From positions 26,834 to 90,833 of IMG/VR virus record IMGVR_UViG_3300037704_000085: 64,000 nucleotides of DNA; one strand, given 5' to 3'. Position 1 is the stretch's first letter. Each line of letters starts with the position of its first letter. Positions 24,820-36,700 of the stretch are shown piece after piece. The DNA is from a virus. The position numbers were made by a program, and so were the translations under genes. A model generated the notes under the pieces. The model made no database searches, was not told where the DNA came from, and saw only the letters and a list, made by a program, of their open reading frames with translations.

Positions 24820-27804
24820 ATGGCCGCACGTTTCGCAGCAGCTTCCGGCAACTGGTCGGGCGCGATCTGGGCAGCGACCATTGACGGCGCGGCAGGGTCG
24901 GCCGCAGTCCCGACTTCCGCAGATGACGTAACGATTGTCGGGCCGCGCACGGCCTGCACGATCAATACAACTACTGACGTAATCACGGCGGTCGGCTCGA
25001 ACTTGACGAACGGTGAAGCCATTACCCTCACATACACCAGCGCCCCGACGCCGCTGAGTGCAAACATTCTTTATTACGTGCGGGATGCCACGGCAGATAC
25101 CTTCAAGGTCAGCACCTCGCCGGGGGCTGCAGCGGTAAACATTACGGCAGCAGGTTCGGGGGTGTTCTTCTCCCGATACGACCCTGCGTACAAGGTCATC
25201 CTTGACTCGACGGCGTGCGCCTGTAACACCTTGACGATCAGTAGCCACGGCATTCTCAGCGGCATTACGACGGGCAATCACGCGTTGGCGGTGCAGCTTG
25301 GCGGGGCGATTCTGCCCAGCGGCCTGATCGACATCGACATGCGGACCAGTGCCTACGTGTCTACGCTAATCCTGAATAATTCCGGCAACGCCACGGCGCA
25401 AAGTTTCCTGATCAGCGCTGGCGGTCATATGCGTTTGCGCGGGAAAACAAAGAAGGCGTTCACGCGAATCAACGGGGGAATCGCGGCGGCGGCAACCAGC
25501 GTTGCGGTCGATGATGCTGGCGATTGGGAGGTTGGCGATACCATTGTGCTGGCCCCCACAGAAACGAACTTCAACAGCGGCAATGGCTGGATACCCAGAT
25601 ACGACCGGGTAGTGCTCGACGCCGCCTACACGCCGGGTAGTGGCAACTTGAGTTGGGCGGCGGGAGCCACCTATTCTCATGCGGATAATGCACACGCGGC
25701 GAACGTCACGCGAAACGTCATCGTCACGACACCGGGGGCGGGTGGCAAGGCATTTATTCGCTACGGTTCCGGGGGTGTATTTGCGGCGATTGCCCCGGAA
25801 ATTAGCTATACCAAGTTTGCAGACTTGGGAATCGACCCGTTATCGCCGAACGCCTCTTTTTTGATTCAAGCCCCTTCCCCTGTGGTGCCGTGGAATGCCT
25901 TCACGGGAAACGTGTTTGAAGATGCGTCGCACTCGCACTACTCGCCCGTTCAAGGGCTGTTTATCGAGACGTGGAGCGTCTATACCCGGACTGGAAGCAC
26001 AAAACCGACAGGCCGAGGTGGGACGAACTACCTCAGCCCCTCTGACGGGATTGAGGACTGTTGCTTTATCGGATCGCTGCTGGGTGGCGGTTTCGCCAAA
26101 ATGTCAACGAGTCGCCGGGTTGTGCTGTGTGGGGCGTCGTGGTCTTCTGTGTCTACGGCTTTTGGGGCCGGTGGTGATGCGACCAATAGTTACAATGACT
26201 TCGAGTTCTACTGTAATCAGATGGACATTGATGGCTCGTATGCTGCGATGCCGGACGCGATGTTCATCAATCCGGTCTTCCAGCAACTCGCCCAAAGTTA
26301 CCGGATGTTTCACAGCGGCTACGCGCAGCGCTACCGCTTGGTTAATCCGCAAATGGCAGGGATCGGGACGCTAACCCCTTCGATCATGACAATCTGGTCG
26401 AAACTCGTTTTTGAAAATAAAAACGGAAATATCGATCTTCAAGAAGTCTACACATCAGAGAGTGTCGCCGTTCCTACGGTGCAGCGCGATACCGTAGAAA
26501 AGAAAAACGCAGACGGGTCGATCAAGCTATTTGGCTCGACCTACGGCGTAGTTGATCGTGATGTGGTGTTCGCTGTGCTGGTCGCGGTCGGCGCTACGTT
26601 GACGCTGCGCGGGTCGTGTAAGGTTGATGCGAACTTCTACAACAGCGGGGATTGGTACGCACCGACGCTACGGTTTCATGTGGATGGAGCCGAGGTTACC
26701 AGCGGCGTCACCAACTACACGGCCACAACATCTGCCTCTGCCGGCTGGGAAACCTTCGTTGCCACAATGACGAACGGAGCCGCATCAGCCAAGGTGGTTA
26801 CGGTAAAACTTCGTGCTGACAGGAAAGGCGTCTCTGGTTTCTGCTGGTTTAGCGGGATTCCGGTGTATCCGTATGTTAGAGCGGTACGCCACTACGGCTA
26901 CATCTTTGACGAAACCAATCCGGTTCGGGTAGTCAATCCTACGGTCAGCGCCAGCGAAGCGACGGCCGCAGCCTATACCAGCATCGCTGTGACGTGGGGC
27001 GCTGCGTCGTCTTCGGTATCGATTACCGAAAACTGCACGCTGCAAAAGCTCTACGACTATACGCAGGCGCAAGGATGTCTCAACGTCGGGTCGGCGATGC
27101 CGCTGACTGGTGCAGGGGCGGCAGGGGCTCCCGCTCTCTTCGCGGCGGGAGACATTACGGTGACCGATGCGGTCGTGCTGAACGGTGGTGGCTCGTTGTC
27201 GATGGGTTCGAAGGTGCTGATCACCGAGTTTGCCAGCGGCAGCAACTACACCTACACAGGCGGAACCTGGAGTCAGCTTTCGACCGTGCCAACCTTCAAC
27301 GGCGGCACGCTGACGCTCGGCGTTGAAGACACGTTTGTCTTCTCCGCGACCGCCGCGACCGTGACCTGTGCCCCGAGCGCCGACGCCGTGACCTATGAAA
27401 TGGGCGGCTGCACGTTCTCTGGCGCGATGGTCTTCCGCAACACCCACGCCACTCGCGGCATCACCGTGAAGGTGCCGGCTGGAACTGACTACACGACCAC
27501 GACGGCCGGCGGTTCGATCACCGTCACGGTCGCCAGCGCCGCGCTGACCATCGCCGCCAACGTCTCACTCGTAGGTTCCGAAGTCCGCATCTACGACCTC
27601 GACTCGACCGGCAACAACCTTGGCGCCGAACTGACCGGCGTTGAGTCGTGCCCGACTGCGACCTACGCCTATTCCGGCGCGGCCGGGAATGTCGTCTGGG
27701 TTCAGATTCTCAAATCGGGTTATGTTGAGTTCGGCCAGCAGATCATCCTGCCGGCAACCAGTTCGACCTTTACGGCAACGCTTCGCCCGGACAAAAACGC
27801 ATGA
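24820..27804 (+). CDS. large beta-rich virion appendage protein (G8-like N-terminus, possible beta-helix)
   Basis: SGNWS...VPTSADDVTI and TSVAVDDAGDWEVGDTIVLAPT G8-like segments; Thr/Gly/Ala-rich. Confidence 0.6.
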   Translation: MAARFAAASGNWSGAIWAATIDGAAGSAAVPTSADDVTIVGPRTACTINTTTDVITAVGSNLTNGEAITLTYTSAPTPLSANILYYVRDATADTFKVSTSPGAAAVNITAAGSGVFFSRYDPAYKVILDSTACACNTLTISSHGILSGITTGNHALAVQLGGAILPSGLIDIDMRTSAYVSTLILNNSGNATAQSFLISAGGHMRLRGKTKKAFTRINGGIAAAATSVAVDDAGDWEVGDTIVLAPTETNFNSGNGWIPRYDRVVLDAAYTPGSGNLSWAAGATYSHADNAHAANVTRNVIVTTPGAGGKAFIRYGSGGVFAAIAPEISYTKFADLGIDPLSPNASFLIQAPSPVVPWNAFTGNVFEDASHSHYSPVQGLFIETWSVYTRTGSTKPTGRGGTNYLSPSDGIEDCCFIGSLLGGGFAKMSTSRRVVLCGASWSSVSTAFGAGGDATNSYNDFEFYCNQMDIDGSYAAMPDAMFINPVFQQLAQSYRMFHSGYAQRYRLVNPQMAGIGTLTPSIMTIWSKLVFENKNGNIDLQEVYTSESVAVPTVQRDTVEKKNADGSIKLFGSTYGVVDRDVVFAVLVAVGATLTLRGSCKVDANFYNSGDWYAPTLRFHVDGAEVTSGVTNYTATTSASAGWETFVATMTNGAASAKVVTVKLRADRKGVSGFCWFSGIPVYPYVRAVRHYGYIFDETNPVRVVNPTVSASEATAAAYTSIAVTWGAASSSVSITENCTLQKLYDYTQAQGCLNVGSAMPLTGAGAAGAPALFAAGDITVTDAVVLNGGGSLSMGSKVLITEFASGSNYTYTGGTWSQLSTVPTFNGGTLTLGVEDTFVFSATAATVTCAPSADAVTYEMGGCTFSGAMVFRNTHATRGITVKVPAGTDYTTTTAGGSITVTVASAALTIAANVSLVGSEVRIYDLDSTGNNLGAELTGVESCPTATYAYSGAAGNVVWVQILKSGYVEFGQQIILPATSSTFTATLRPDKNA

Positions 27805-28136
27805 ACGACGAGAACATCGTCAAGATTCGCAGCCAGCAGATCACGATTGACCTTCCGGTGGAGGACGCGTTGCCGTGGGTGCGCGCAACGCTGCAACGCT
27901 GCATCAAGGACGCCGATTACAAGACGGTGCAGACGATTGACCGGGTTGGCTTTGTGCATCGAAGTGCCGAACAGTTCGCGATGCAAATGACCACCGTGGT
28001 TGATCCGCTGACCGGGCAGCAACACACCTTGAGCGGTGTTGCGGTGGCGATCCTGATTCGCGACATGGTATCGGCATGGATTGTGGAAGATCGCGGCGGC
28101 GTCATCAACGAATATCAAGACATCATCGAAGGGTAA
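27801..28136 (+). CDS. hypothetical protein
   Basis: ATGA coupling. Confidence 0.65.
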   Translation: MNDENIVKIRSQQITIDLPVEDALPWVRATLQRCIKDADYKTVQTIDRVGFVHRSAEQFAMQMTTVVDPLTGQQHTLSGVAVAILIRDMVSAWIVEDRGGVINEYQDIIEG

Positions 28137-28140
28137 AAAA

Positions 28141-29613
28141 ATGCTGATCACGCACCTGAATTTTGCGGCAAACCTCAAGCAGTCGGCCAATCCGCGCGGC
28201 GGCGCAGTTGATGGCAATATCCATTTCAACCAGACGACCGGAGAAGTGGAGTTCATCACGGTCGATCAACTGGCGACGGTGGATTTCGGCGCTGGCCCGG
28301 TAGCCAACCCGCTGACGGCGGCGGATGGCATCACCATGCGCGCCCTCTACAACTTCGAAAACCAAGAACGCGCGGTCGATAACACGCTGGCCGGGTTCAA
28401 GCGTTTCACCAGCGGCGACTATCGTTTTGCCGGGGCCTACTCGTTCGTCAATGGCAACAAGCCGGCGGCGGCGGACCGGGGTAAGATTCGCAATTCCGGG
28501 TGGATCGAATACGACGCGGCGGTCGATGGCGAAACGACGGTCAATCGCATCTATCACGGCGTCAAGTCGCTGAACCCGATTCAGGCCACAACGACGCCAT
28601 ATTGGACGCTGGTCACTGCGACCGACGAAACGACGCTGCAAGCGGCGGCATGGGCTGACTTCGGACGGCCGGGGCCGGTTGACGAGGCGGTTCAGGTGTT
28701 CGGCGCGGCCGGGCATGGCGACTTCGACTACACCGCGCGCGTTCTGGCGGTTCGCGTGCGCTCATGGGGCTACAACGCCGGGGAAACCACGTCGGTTTTG
28801 ACCGGGATCGCGGAGTTTTCCGGCTTCTCGGCCGGCTACGGTATCGGCGAGTCGCTGAACAGCAACAACTCCTATGCGCTGGCCGATGTTTATGGCGGCG
28901 CGGCGGTCGCACCGTGGACCGGCATGACACTTGAAATGCTGGCTGTGCCGCAGACCGAAACCGGCTTCAACGAGGCGGACGGCGATTTCACATGGGTTTT
29001 GCACAACGCGGCTGTCGGCACGGTGCAGCAATGCGCCGCTTATCTCGATGCGGTGATGTTGCAGGACGCCGACATTGACGTTGGCACGGGGGTTTACAAC
29101 GGAAAGAAAGGCCGGGTCTGGTACTCCCGCGATACGACCGGCCGGGTGGTGACCAGTCGCGGCCTGTTCATCGAAGGTCTGTCAACGGCAGAGAAACAGA
29201 ACGCCGTGATGACGGCCGACGACAACTCGGCGAAGACATCCCCCTTCTTCCCCGAGATTCGGCTGAATGCCGGCGCGGTTGCCGTGTCCGATCCGGCGGC
29301 ATGGTATCGCCTGATCTATGTCGATGGGGCGGGCGGGGCCGACTACGACACGGCAACCGCCGTGACCGTCAACAACGCGGCGGGCACCCCGATTTATGGC
29401 AACGTCGCGGCTGACGTGGTGGGAACAATCATCTTCAACGACTACGACTACGACGGCAACACGCAAGCCGGCTTGGCGGCGGGGGTCGATAAGAACGTGG
29501 TGGCACTGGTGGAGGGGAATGGCATCGCCGCGCAAGCCATCGCCTACTTCACGATCACGCGAACGCCGATTATTACGGTGACCTGCGCGCCCGGCACCGA
29601 TACGAACGCCTAA
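28141..29613 (+). CDS. putative structural protein
   Basis: long ORF with phage-typical codon usage, beta-rich. Confidence 0.65.
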   Translation: MLITHLNFAANLKQSANPRGGAVDGNIHFNQTTGEVEFITVDQLATVDFGAGPVANPLTAADGITMRALYNFENQERAVDNTLAGFKRFTSGDYRFAGAYSFVNGNKPAAADRGKIRNSGWIEYDAAVDGETTVNRIYHGVKSLNPIQATTTPYWTLVTATDETTLQAAAWADFGRPGPVDEAVQVFGAAGHGDFDYTARVLAVRVRSWGYNAGETTSVLTGIAEFSGFSAGYGIGESLNSNNSYALADVYGGAAVAPWTGMTLEMLAVPQTETGFNEADGDFTWVLHNAAVGTVQQCAAYLDAVMLQDADIDVGTGVYNGKKGRVWYSRDTTGRVVTSRGLFIEGLSTAEKQNAVMTADDNSAKTSPFFPEIRLNAGAVAVSDPAAWYRLIYVDGAGGADYDTATAVTVNNAAGTPIYGNVAADVVGTIIFNDYDYDGNTQAGLAAGVDKNVVALVEGNGIAAQAIAYFTITRTPIITVTCAPGTDTNA

Positions 29614-29616
29614 GCC

Positions 29617-30309
29617 ATGCCGCTCGTTGCTTCCGTCAACTACCCGGACAAGCGGATTTTTCTGTCGGCCGATTCGGTCGGCGTCGATCTGGACACGATT
29701 GCCGTGTATCGCGAGGTTCGTGCCCTGCGCGCGGTCACCGAAGCGCACCAGAACTTCGACCCGATCATCGAAGCCGGCGGCAACATCACGAAAATTCCGG
29801 GGGTCAGCGCGACCCCGGCGTATGCCCGCCTGCTGCATGGCTGTCGCATCGTTCCTTACAACGTGTCGCATTCGATTCGCCTGATTCGCGATACCTTCAC
29901 GGATGACGGGTTGGCAGGGCGCGACTGCTTCGACCGGACCCCGTTGTCGGCGTCGGTGGCGGTGGATATCGACGTGGATATCGCCGAAGTGGAAATTCGC
30001 TACGTGACGACCGGCGGCGGCGTAGTGCTTACGCAGTCTCAAGCCGATAAGCTTATGAGCTTGCCGAGTTCGACCGCGATCCGCGAGGCGGTTTGGAGCG
30101 CCGACGAGGCCTTGGCGCTGGCCGACAAGATCAACATCAGCGCGGCCATCCTGCGCAACAAGACGGTGACCGATCCGGCCACGGGCTTGATGACGGTTTA
30201 TGCCGATGACGGCGTGACGCCATTGCTGACCGCGCAGTTGTGGGAGAACGCCAGCGGGCCGCAGAAATATCGCGGCCAAGGATCGGAGCGAAGGGACCGG
30301 CTCGCATGA
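29617..30309 (+). CDS. putative structural protein
   Basis: AIREAVWS and TGLMTVYADDGVTPL segments. Confidence 0.6.
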   Translation: MPLVASVNYPDKRIFLSADSVGVDLDTIAVYREVRALRAVTEAHQNFDPIIEAGGNITKIPGVSATPAYARLLHGCRIVPYNVSHSIRLIRDTFTDDGLAGRDCFDRTPLSASVAVDIDVDIAEVEIRYVTTGGGVVLTQSQADKLMSLPSSTAIREAVWSADEALALADKINISAAILRNKTVTDPATGLMTVYADDGVTPLLTAQLWENASGPQKYRGQGSERRDRLA

Positions 30310-30665
30310 TCGTGACACGTGGGTTGGGCAAGGGGATGTATCGCGGCGCGATTGTTGCGGCCGGGCTCGCGTTCGTCGTGGCAAGCGCGCCGGTCGAACA
30401 GGCGACTGCGCCGATGGTGCCGACATGGGTCGGCCTGCCGGAGCGCGGCAAGATCAGCCGGACGGGGCTGCACGTCTGCCAGCTATCGCGGGCGGCGGCG
30501 GGCGTCCGGGCGAGCCCGGCGGCGCTGGCAACGGTACAAACCGCGTATCTCGACCGGGTAGGCGCGGGCGCTCGCGCGTCGCCGCCAAGCGTCGATTGTG
30601 CAACCGTGGTGCCGCTGCGCCGGGTGGCGGCAAAAGTAGCGATTCGAACGCCGGTTGTCGCGTAA
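30306..30665 (+). CDS. hypothetical protein
   Basis: ATGA overlap; MIVTRGLG start. Confidence 0.5.
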   Translation: MIVTRGLGKGMYRGAIVAAGLAFVVASAPVEQATAPMVPTWVGLPERGKISRTGLHVCQLSRAAAGVRASPAALATVQTAYLDRVGAGARASPPSVDCATVVPLRRVAAKVAIRTPVVA

Positions 30666-30668
30666 AAC

Positions 30669-30710
30669 CGGAAAGCCGCGCCGAAGCGCAACGCGGCCAG
30701 CCTTTACCCT
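30669..30710 (+). promoter_or_regulatory. putative late promoter for darB
   Basis: CGGAAAG at 30669, TACCCT at 30705. Confidence 0.7.
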
Positions 30711-30737
30711 AGCGGGAGTTCATTGGAGACCTCCCGC

Positions 30738-33700
30738 ATGTTCCGCTCGTTCCTTGATGACGCCACCAGCAAGCTCAGTAAACTGAGCCTTTCCTCGCTG
30801 CTGGCGCAAAAAATCGTGCCCTTGATGGGCGAAAAAAAGAAAGAATCACCGAACCGAATGACGGTGCTGTCGCTGACGCGCAGCATGGTCGATATCCTCT
30901 CGCAGTTGGGCGCGATGACGGCGAAAGCGGTCGAAGTCGTGGCCGGGGCGGCGAAGTTTTTCCCGCAAGAGCAGCGCCGTACCAAGGGCGCGCGGCAGAA
31001 AGACAATGACGCCGCGCTGGCGCTGATGGCGAAGCTGCGCAGCGAAGGCCGCGAGGCGACCGATCAGGAACGCGCCGTGCTGGCGCGCTTCTCTGGCTAC
31101 GGCGGCGGGCTGGTCGATCCGGAAGGCAAGGAAGGTTCGCCCTACGAGTATTACACCCCGACCCCGGTAGCGGCCGGCACGTGGGAACTCCTGAAGGGCT
31201 TGGGTTTTGCCGGCGGCAAGGTGTTGGACCCCTGCGCCGGCTCCGGCGTCTTTGCGGCGACCCGGCCGGATAACGCCGTCATCGATCAGGTGGAGCTTTC
31301 CAGCCTGTCCGGCGGCGTCAATGCGCTGGTCAATGCCGGTCCCGGCGTGACGACCAAAATTAGCCCCTTCGAAGCCGTCGCGGCGACGCTGCCGGACGAG
31401 TCCTACGATGCCGTGGTGACCAACGTACCCTTCGGCGACGCCGGCCTGCGCGAACACGCGCACAAGGACGACAAGCTGCAAAGCGCCTCGCTTGAGGCGT
31501 ATTTCATCCTGCGCACGATGGACAAGCTGAAGCCGGGCGGGCTGGCCGCATTCATCACGCCGCCGCGCATCGTGTCGGGCACTGATGCCGCGATGGAAGA
31601 CCTGCGCTTCAAGGTTTCTCTGCGCGCCGAGTTTCTCGGCGCGTACCGCCTGCCGAACAAGGTTTTTCAGGACGCCTCCGACGCCGACACGATTGTCGAT
31701 ATCATCGCGTTCCGCAAGCACTCTCGCGGGGCCAAGCAGAAAATTGACGAACTCGCCGCCGAAAACATCGACGTGCTGCGCGACAAGGCCGTGTTGTGGC
31801 CGGAGTTCCTTGAAGGCAAGTATTTCCGGGGCGAGGGCCTGAAGTTCCAGTTGGGCGAGTTCAAGGCCAAAGACCCGGCCAAGCTGCGCGACGTTGACCG
31901 GGTGATTTCGGACGAGAAAGACACGGCCGCAATCGCCAAGATGATCCGCAAGTTTCCGGGGTCGCGGATCGATTGGGCCGGGCTAGATGCCGAGGAAACC
32001 GCGCCGATCCTCTATCAAGACGGCGACGTGCTGTATCAGGACGGCCAGACGCTCGAATACCGCGCCGGCAAGTGGCTGGTCCGCGAGCAGGATGCGAGTA
32101 GCGTCAACCTCGCCGAGACCGGCAACCAACTGACCACGGCCCTGAACGCCGTCAATGCCGGGATCAGCTTCGCCGACGCCGAATCGTGGCTACGTTCGAT
32201 GAACGTCCGCGCCATGGGCGGCGACGTGCCGGAGTGGGCGCGCAAGTCCATCTATGCCGTCGCCAAGCAGGCGGTCGGCGAGCGCGAAAGCTGGTGGCAG
32301 GCCGTGACGGCGGCGCTGGCGGCGAAGGCGGTATTGGAAGAGAACTTCGGGGCCGAGCCGTTTCACTACAACATGGCCTACCCGGTGCTGTCGGCGCGGC
32401 TGCTGGCGGTGTCGCACTACGGCAACCGCACGATTCAAGCGCCTGACGACATCAAAGGCGCGCTCAAGCTCTTGCGCGTGATCGTGCCGCGCAAAGGCGC
32501 GTTCTATGCCCGCTGGCTGGGCAACGTCAAGGCCGACGTGGATATGGGCGACCTGACGCCCGAGAAAGCCTACGAAAAGATCAAATACCAGTCCGGCGAC
32601 GACTTCGGCTACGTGCCGCTAGACCGCCTGAAGACCTCGCAGGGCGAAGCCTTCGACCCGCTGAACGATGACGACTGGTGCCTCAACCCGGACGGGCAAT
32701 CCGTGATGCGGGCCGGCGACTACTATCAGGGCAACTACGCCGACTTCCTGAAGCATTCGGACGAGGAACTGAAGGCGGCGGCGGACCCGGTGATTGCCGC
32801 CAAGATTCTGCGCCAGCGCCAAGTCGCGGGCGAGCGCGTGGCGATGCCGGCCATCGAGAAGATGACCTTCACGCTCAATTCGCCGTACCTGTCGCAGAGC
32901 CAGAAGCTCGACTTCCTGCGCGAGAACGTCGATCCGCGTTTCTCGTTGGTGCCGGAAATGACCACGGAAGGCGTCGAAGCGATCAACGGCAAGAAAGAGC
33001 CGGTGCCCACGGGCAGGATGTTGATCGACTTCCCGAAGATCAGCAGCGCCAAGGAAACGCGCCGCGATCAGGCGTTGCGCCGCTTCGCCGTGTCCTACCT
33101 CAAGAACGGCACGATCACGACCGGCAGCAAAAACGACGTGGTACTGGCGAACGCCGAGGCCGAGTCGGCGCTGATTCAGGAAATGCGCGAAATCGTCCAA
33201 AGCTCGAACGCGAAATTCAATATCTGGGCGAAGACCAACCCGGACGCCTTTGATTCGCTGAAGGCCCGCCTGCACGATCCGGCCAACCTGTTTTTCCCGC
33301 AGGTCGATGACGATTCCGACTTGGAAATCGAAGGCATCGGCGAGCGCAAGCCGCACGGCTATCAGAACGTCTCGATTCGCCGCTACAGCCGGCATTTCTC
33401 CGGCATCTTGGGCGACGACGTGGGGCTGGGCAAGAGCCTACAGGCATTGCTCGCCGTGTTGCACGTCCAGAACATCGGGGCCAAGCGCAAAACGATCTTT
33501 GTGGTACCCAATTCTGTTCTTTCGAACTGGAAACGCGAGTCGGCGATGGCCTACGCCTCGACCGACGACTGCCTGTACGTCGGCCTGACTTTCGACAAGG
33601 CCGGCAAGCCCATCGTGGACAACAAGCAGCGCGACCGCGATATCCATGCGATCTTGGAAAACCGGCACCGCAAGATTTTCATGACGCTGGAAGCCTTCAC

Positions 33701-36700
33701 GTCGATTCCGATGCGCGAACCGACGCTGGAAGCCTACAAGAGCCATATCGCCAGCACCGATCCCTCGTTTTTCGAAGCCAGCGAAAAGAAGGCCGACGAA
33801 ATCCGCGCCGCGAAGAAACAGCAAGCCCTGATGGACACCGGCAAGAAGTCGGCGGCGCTGCCGTATTTCGAAGACATGGGCGTCGATTCGCTGGTCATAG
33901 ACGAAGCGCACATGGCGAAGAATAGCCGCCTGTTAAGCGACTTTAAGAGCGCCAAGTATCTGGCCTCGTCGGTGGCGTCGGATCGCGGACTGGATATGCA
34001 GATCAAGTGCTGGTTCGTGCGCAGCCACAGCGCCAACAAGGACGGAGTGCTGGCACTTTCGGCCACTCCGATCACCAATAGCCCGCTGGAAATCTACTCC
34101 ATGCTGACGCTGGCGGTCGGCGAGCAGGAATTGAACCGCCGGCTGGGCATCATGGGCGGCGACGACTTCATGAACGCCTTCACCGACGTTCAGGAGCAGG
34201 AAGAGCCCGACCTGATCGGCCGTCCGCGCGCCGGCCGGGTGTTCTTGGGCCTGCAAAACGTCACCATGTTGCGCACAGCGCTGCAACAGATCGCGATCAT
34301 CCGCGACAAGAACGACGTTGGGATGGCGATTTCCGTGCCGGAAGAGGACGGCGTTTCGACCAAGGTCGAACTCGACGCCGAGTCAAAGCGCAAGCTGGCT
34401 TATTACAAGTCGATTTACGAAGCCGCCCGGCTGATGCAAAAGGACGAAGCGCTGCCGGAACAGGAACAGGCGGTCGAAGCCTACTGCGCGCAGAGCGGCG
34501 AGTCGGTCGATTTGGTGGCGCACCCGTTCAACCTGATCAACAAGATGGCGAAGTTGATCATGGATCAGGAACTGGACAAGGACGGCAGTTTTTACCAGTT
34601 CAGCGCCGCACAGGGCGACGCGGCCAAGGTCGCGGTCGGCCAGTTCAACAACAAGAACTTCAAGGAAAAGCGCGACCGGCCGGGCCTGCTGACCGATCCG
34701 AAAAACGTGTCGATGAAGGTCCGCAAGGACGACAACGACAACGAGAAGGCGGAATACACGATTCTGGTCAAGGCGTGGATCGACGGCAACCAGATCGTGA
34801 TCGATACCGACGACCACAACACCCAAAGCAAGTTTTTGGAGATTGCCGACAAGGCCGGGCTCGACCTCGACGTGAAGATCAGTCCGAAGCTCGCGGCGAT
34901 GCTCGAAAACGTCAAAAAGGAACTGGCGAACCCGAAGGCCGGGCGCGGCACCGATGCGCAGGGCAACCCGCTGCCGAGGCTCGCCAAGCAGATCATCTTC
35001 TGCGACATGCTGGGCATGCACAACAAGATCAAGCTGGCGCTCAAGCGGGTCGGTATCAAGCCGTCGCAAGTCGCCATCGTCAATGCGCAGGCGATCAGCG
35101 ATCCGGCCGACATGCAGGACGTGCAGGACGGCTTCAACGCCGAACACGAAGAGAACCGCTATCGCGTCATCATCGCCAACAAGAAAGCCGAAGTCGGCAT
35201 TAACCTGCAAGTCGGCACGCAGGCGATACATCACCTGTCGATTGGCTGGACCCCGGACAGCCTGCAACAGCGCAACGGGCGCGGCGTCCGGCAGGGCAAC
35301 TACCTGCAACGCGTGACCGTCTATCACTACGACGCCAACGGCTCGTTTGACGAATACAAGCGCATGCTGGTCGGCAAGAAAGACGACTGGATCGGCAAGG
35401 TGATCGGCAAGCATGGCGATGTCGAGAATATCCAGATCGGCGGCGAACTGTCCGAGAAGGAAATGCACGACCTGATCATGTCGTCGGGCGACGCCGGGGC
35501 GATGGAGAAGGCGCGCGAGCAGATCGAACGGCGCGAGCGCGAACGCATGCGCGACGCGGCGCGTGGCAATCAGGTACAGATTCTGCGGATCATTGAAGGG
35601 CAAAACAACTGGCTGAAGAATCACGCCGACGCGACCGCCTACCGCAACGCCAAGATTTTCGAATATCTCGACCTGACTTGGCAGGCCGAGGAACTGGCGG
35701 CGAAGATTGGCCGCAGCACCAGCGAGCGCGTGATTGCGACGCTGAAGAAGCAAAAGGCCGATGTGGACGCGCGGGCGGCGACGCTGGGCGGCTTATTGGA
35801 GGGATCGAGTTTTGTTCCGGCCGGACAATACGACTACCAAGGCAACGGACACGCCAAGGTCGATACGCCGATCAGCGGCAAGGGCTACAAGCTGCAAGAA
35901 TACGGCCGCGACAAGGGGCAACCGCAATTTCGCGGCAAACTCAATCCCGACTCGGCGCTGGGCCAGCGCTACGCCGCCGAGCGCGCCGGCAAGGGAAAGG
36001 CGCTGCAACAAGCGCGCGACGACTACAAGGGCCAAGCCGCACGGCAAGGCGCGTATTCCGACAGCACCCTGAAGGCATTCGAAACCGGCGAAGGCAAGAT
36101 TATCGGCGGCGTGCTGCTGATGCAGGGCATGGTGGGGATTCACAAGGGCGAATACTGGATTGCCGAAACACCGTCGAAGCTGGTCCTGCCGATTGACGGT
36201 CGCAGCATGCCGTCCGGCGCGGCGGTCAGCGGCTTCGAGTTCGTCGGCCCGGCCGATGCAGACGAGGATTGGCTTCCGGTCGCAACGAATCTTGCACGGG
36301 TCGATGAACAGACCATCGCGCAGAACAAGGCCGATGGCTTCGAGATTGGCGACAAGCGGCTGTATTCGACCTGCTCGCCGGAAATCGCGGCGCTGGTCAA
36401 GCTGGTTCCGACCGGCAAGCTCGCCTATCCGAACAACCTCTACCTGAAGGCCCCGTTGTTCCGCTTCCCGATCAACCCGGAGCAGGCAACGACGCCGCTA
36501 CTGAAGGCGATTGTCGCGCAGCAGGCCGAGGCGATTGAGTGGAAACACGAAACGGACCAGTGGGAAAGAAAAACCTCACGCGTCCGGGCGCTGAACATCC
36601 ACAAGGTCGAACCGGAAGGCGTGCGCTACGACGGCCGTTCGGCGGCGCTGATCACGTTCGCTATCGCCAACGGTCTGAAGGTCGGGTATGACGATTTCGA

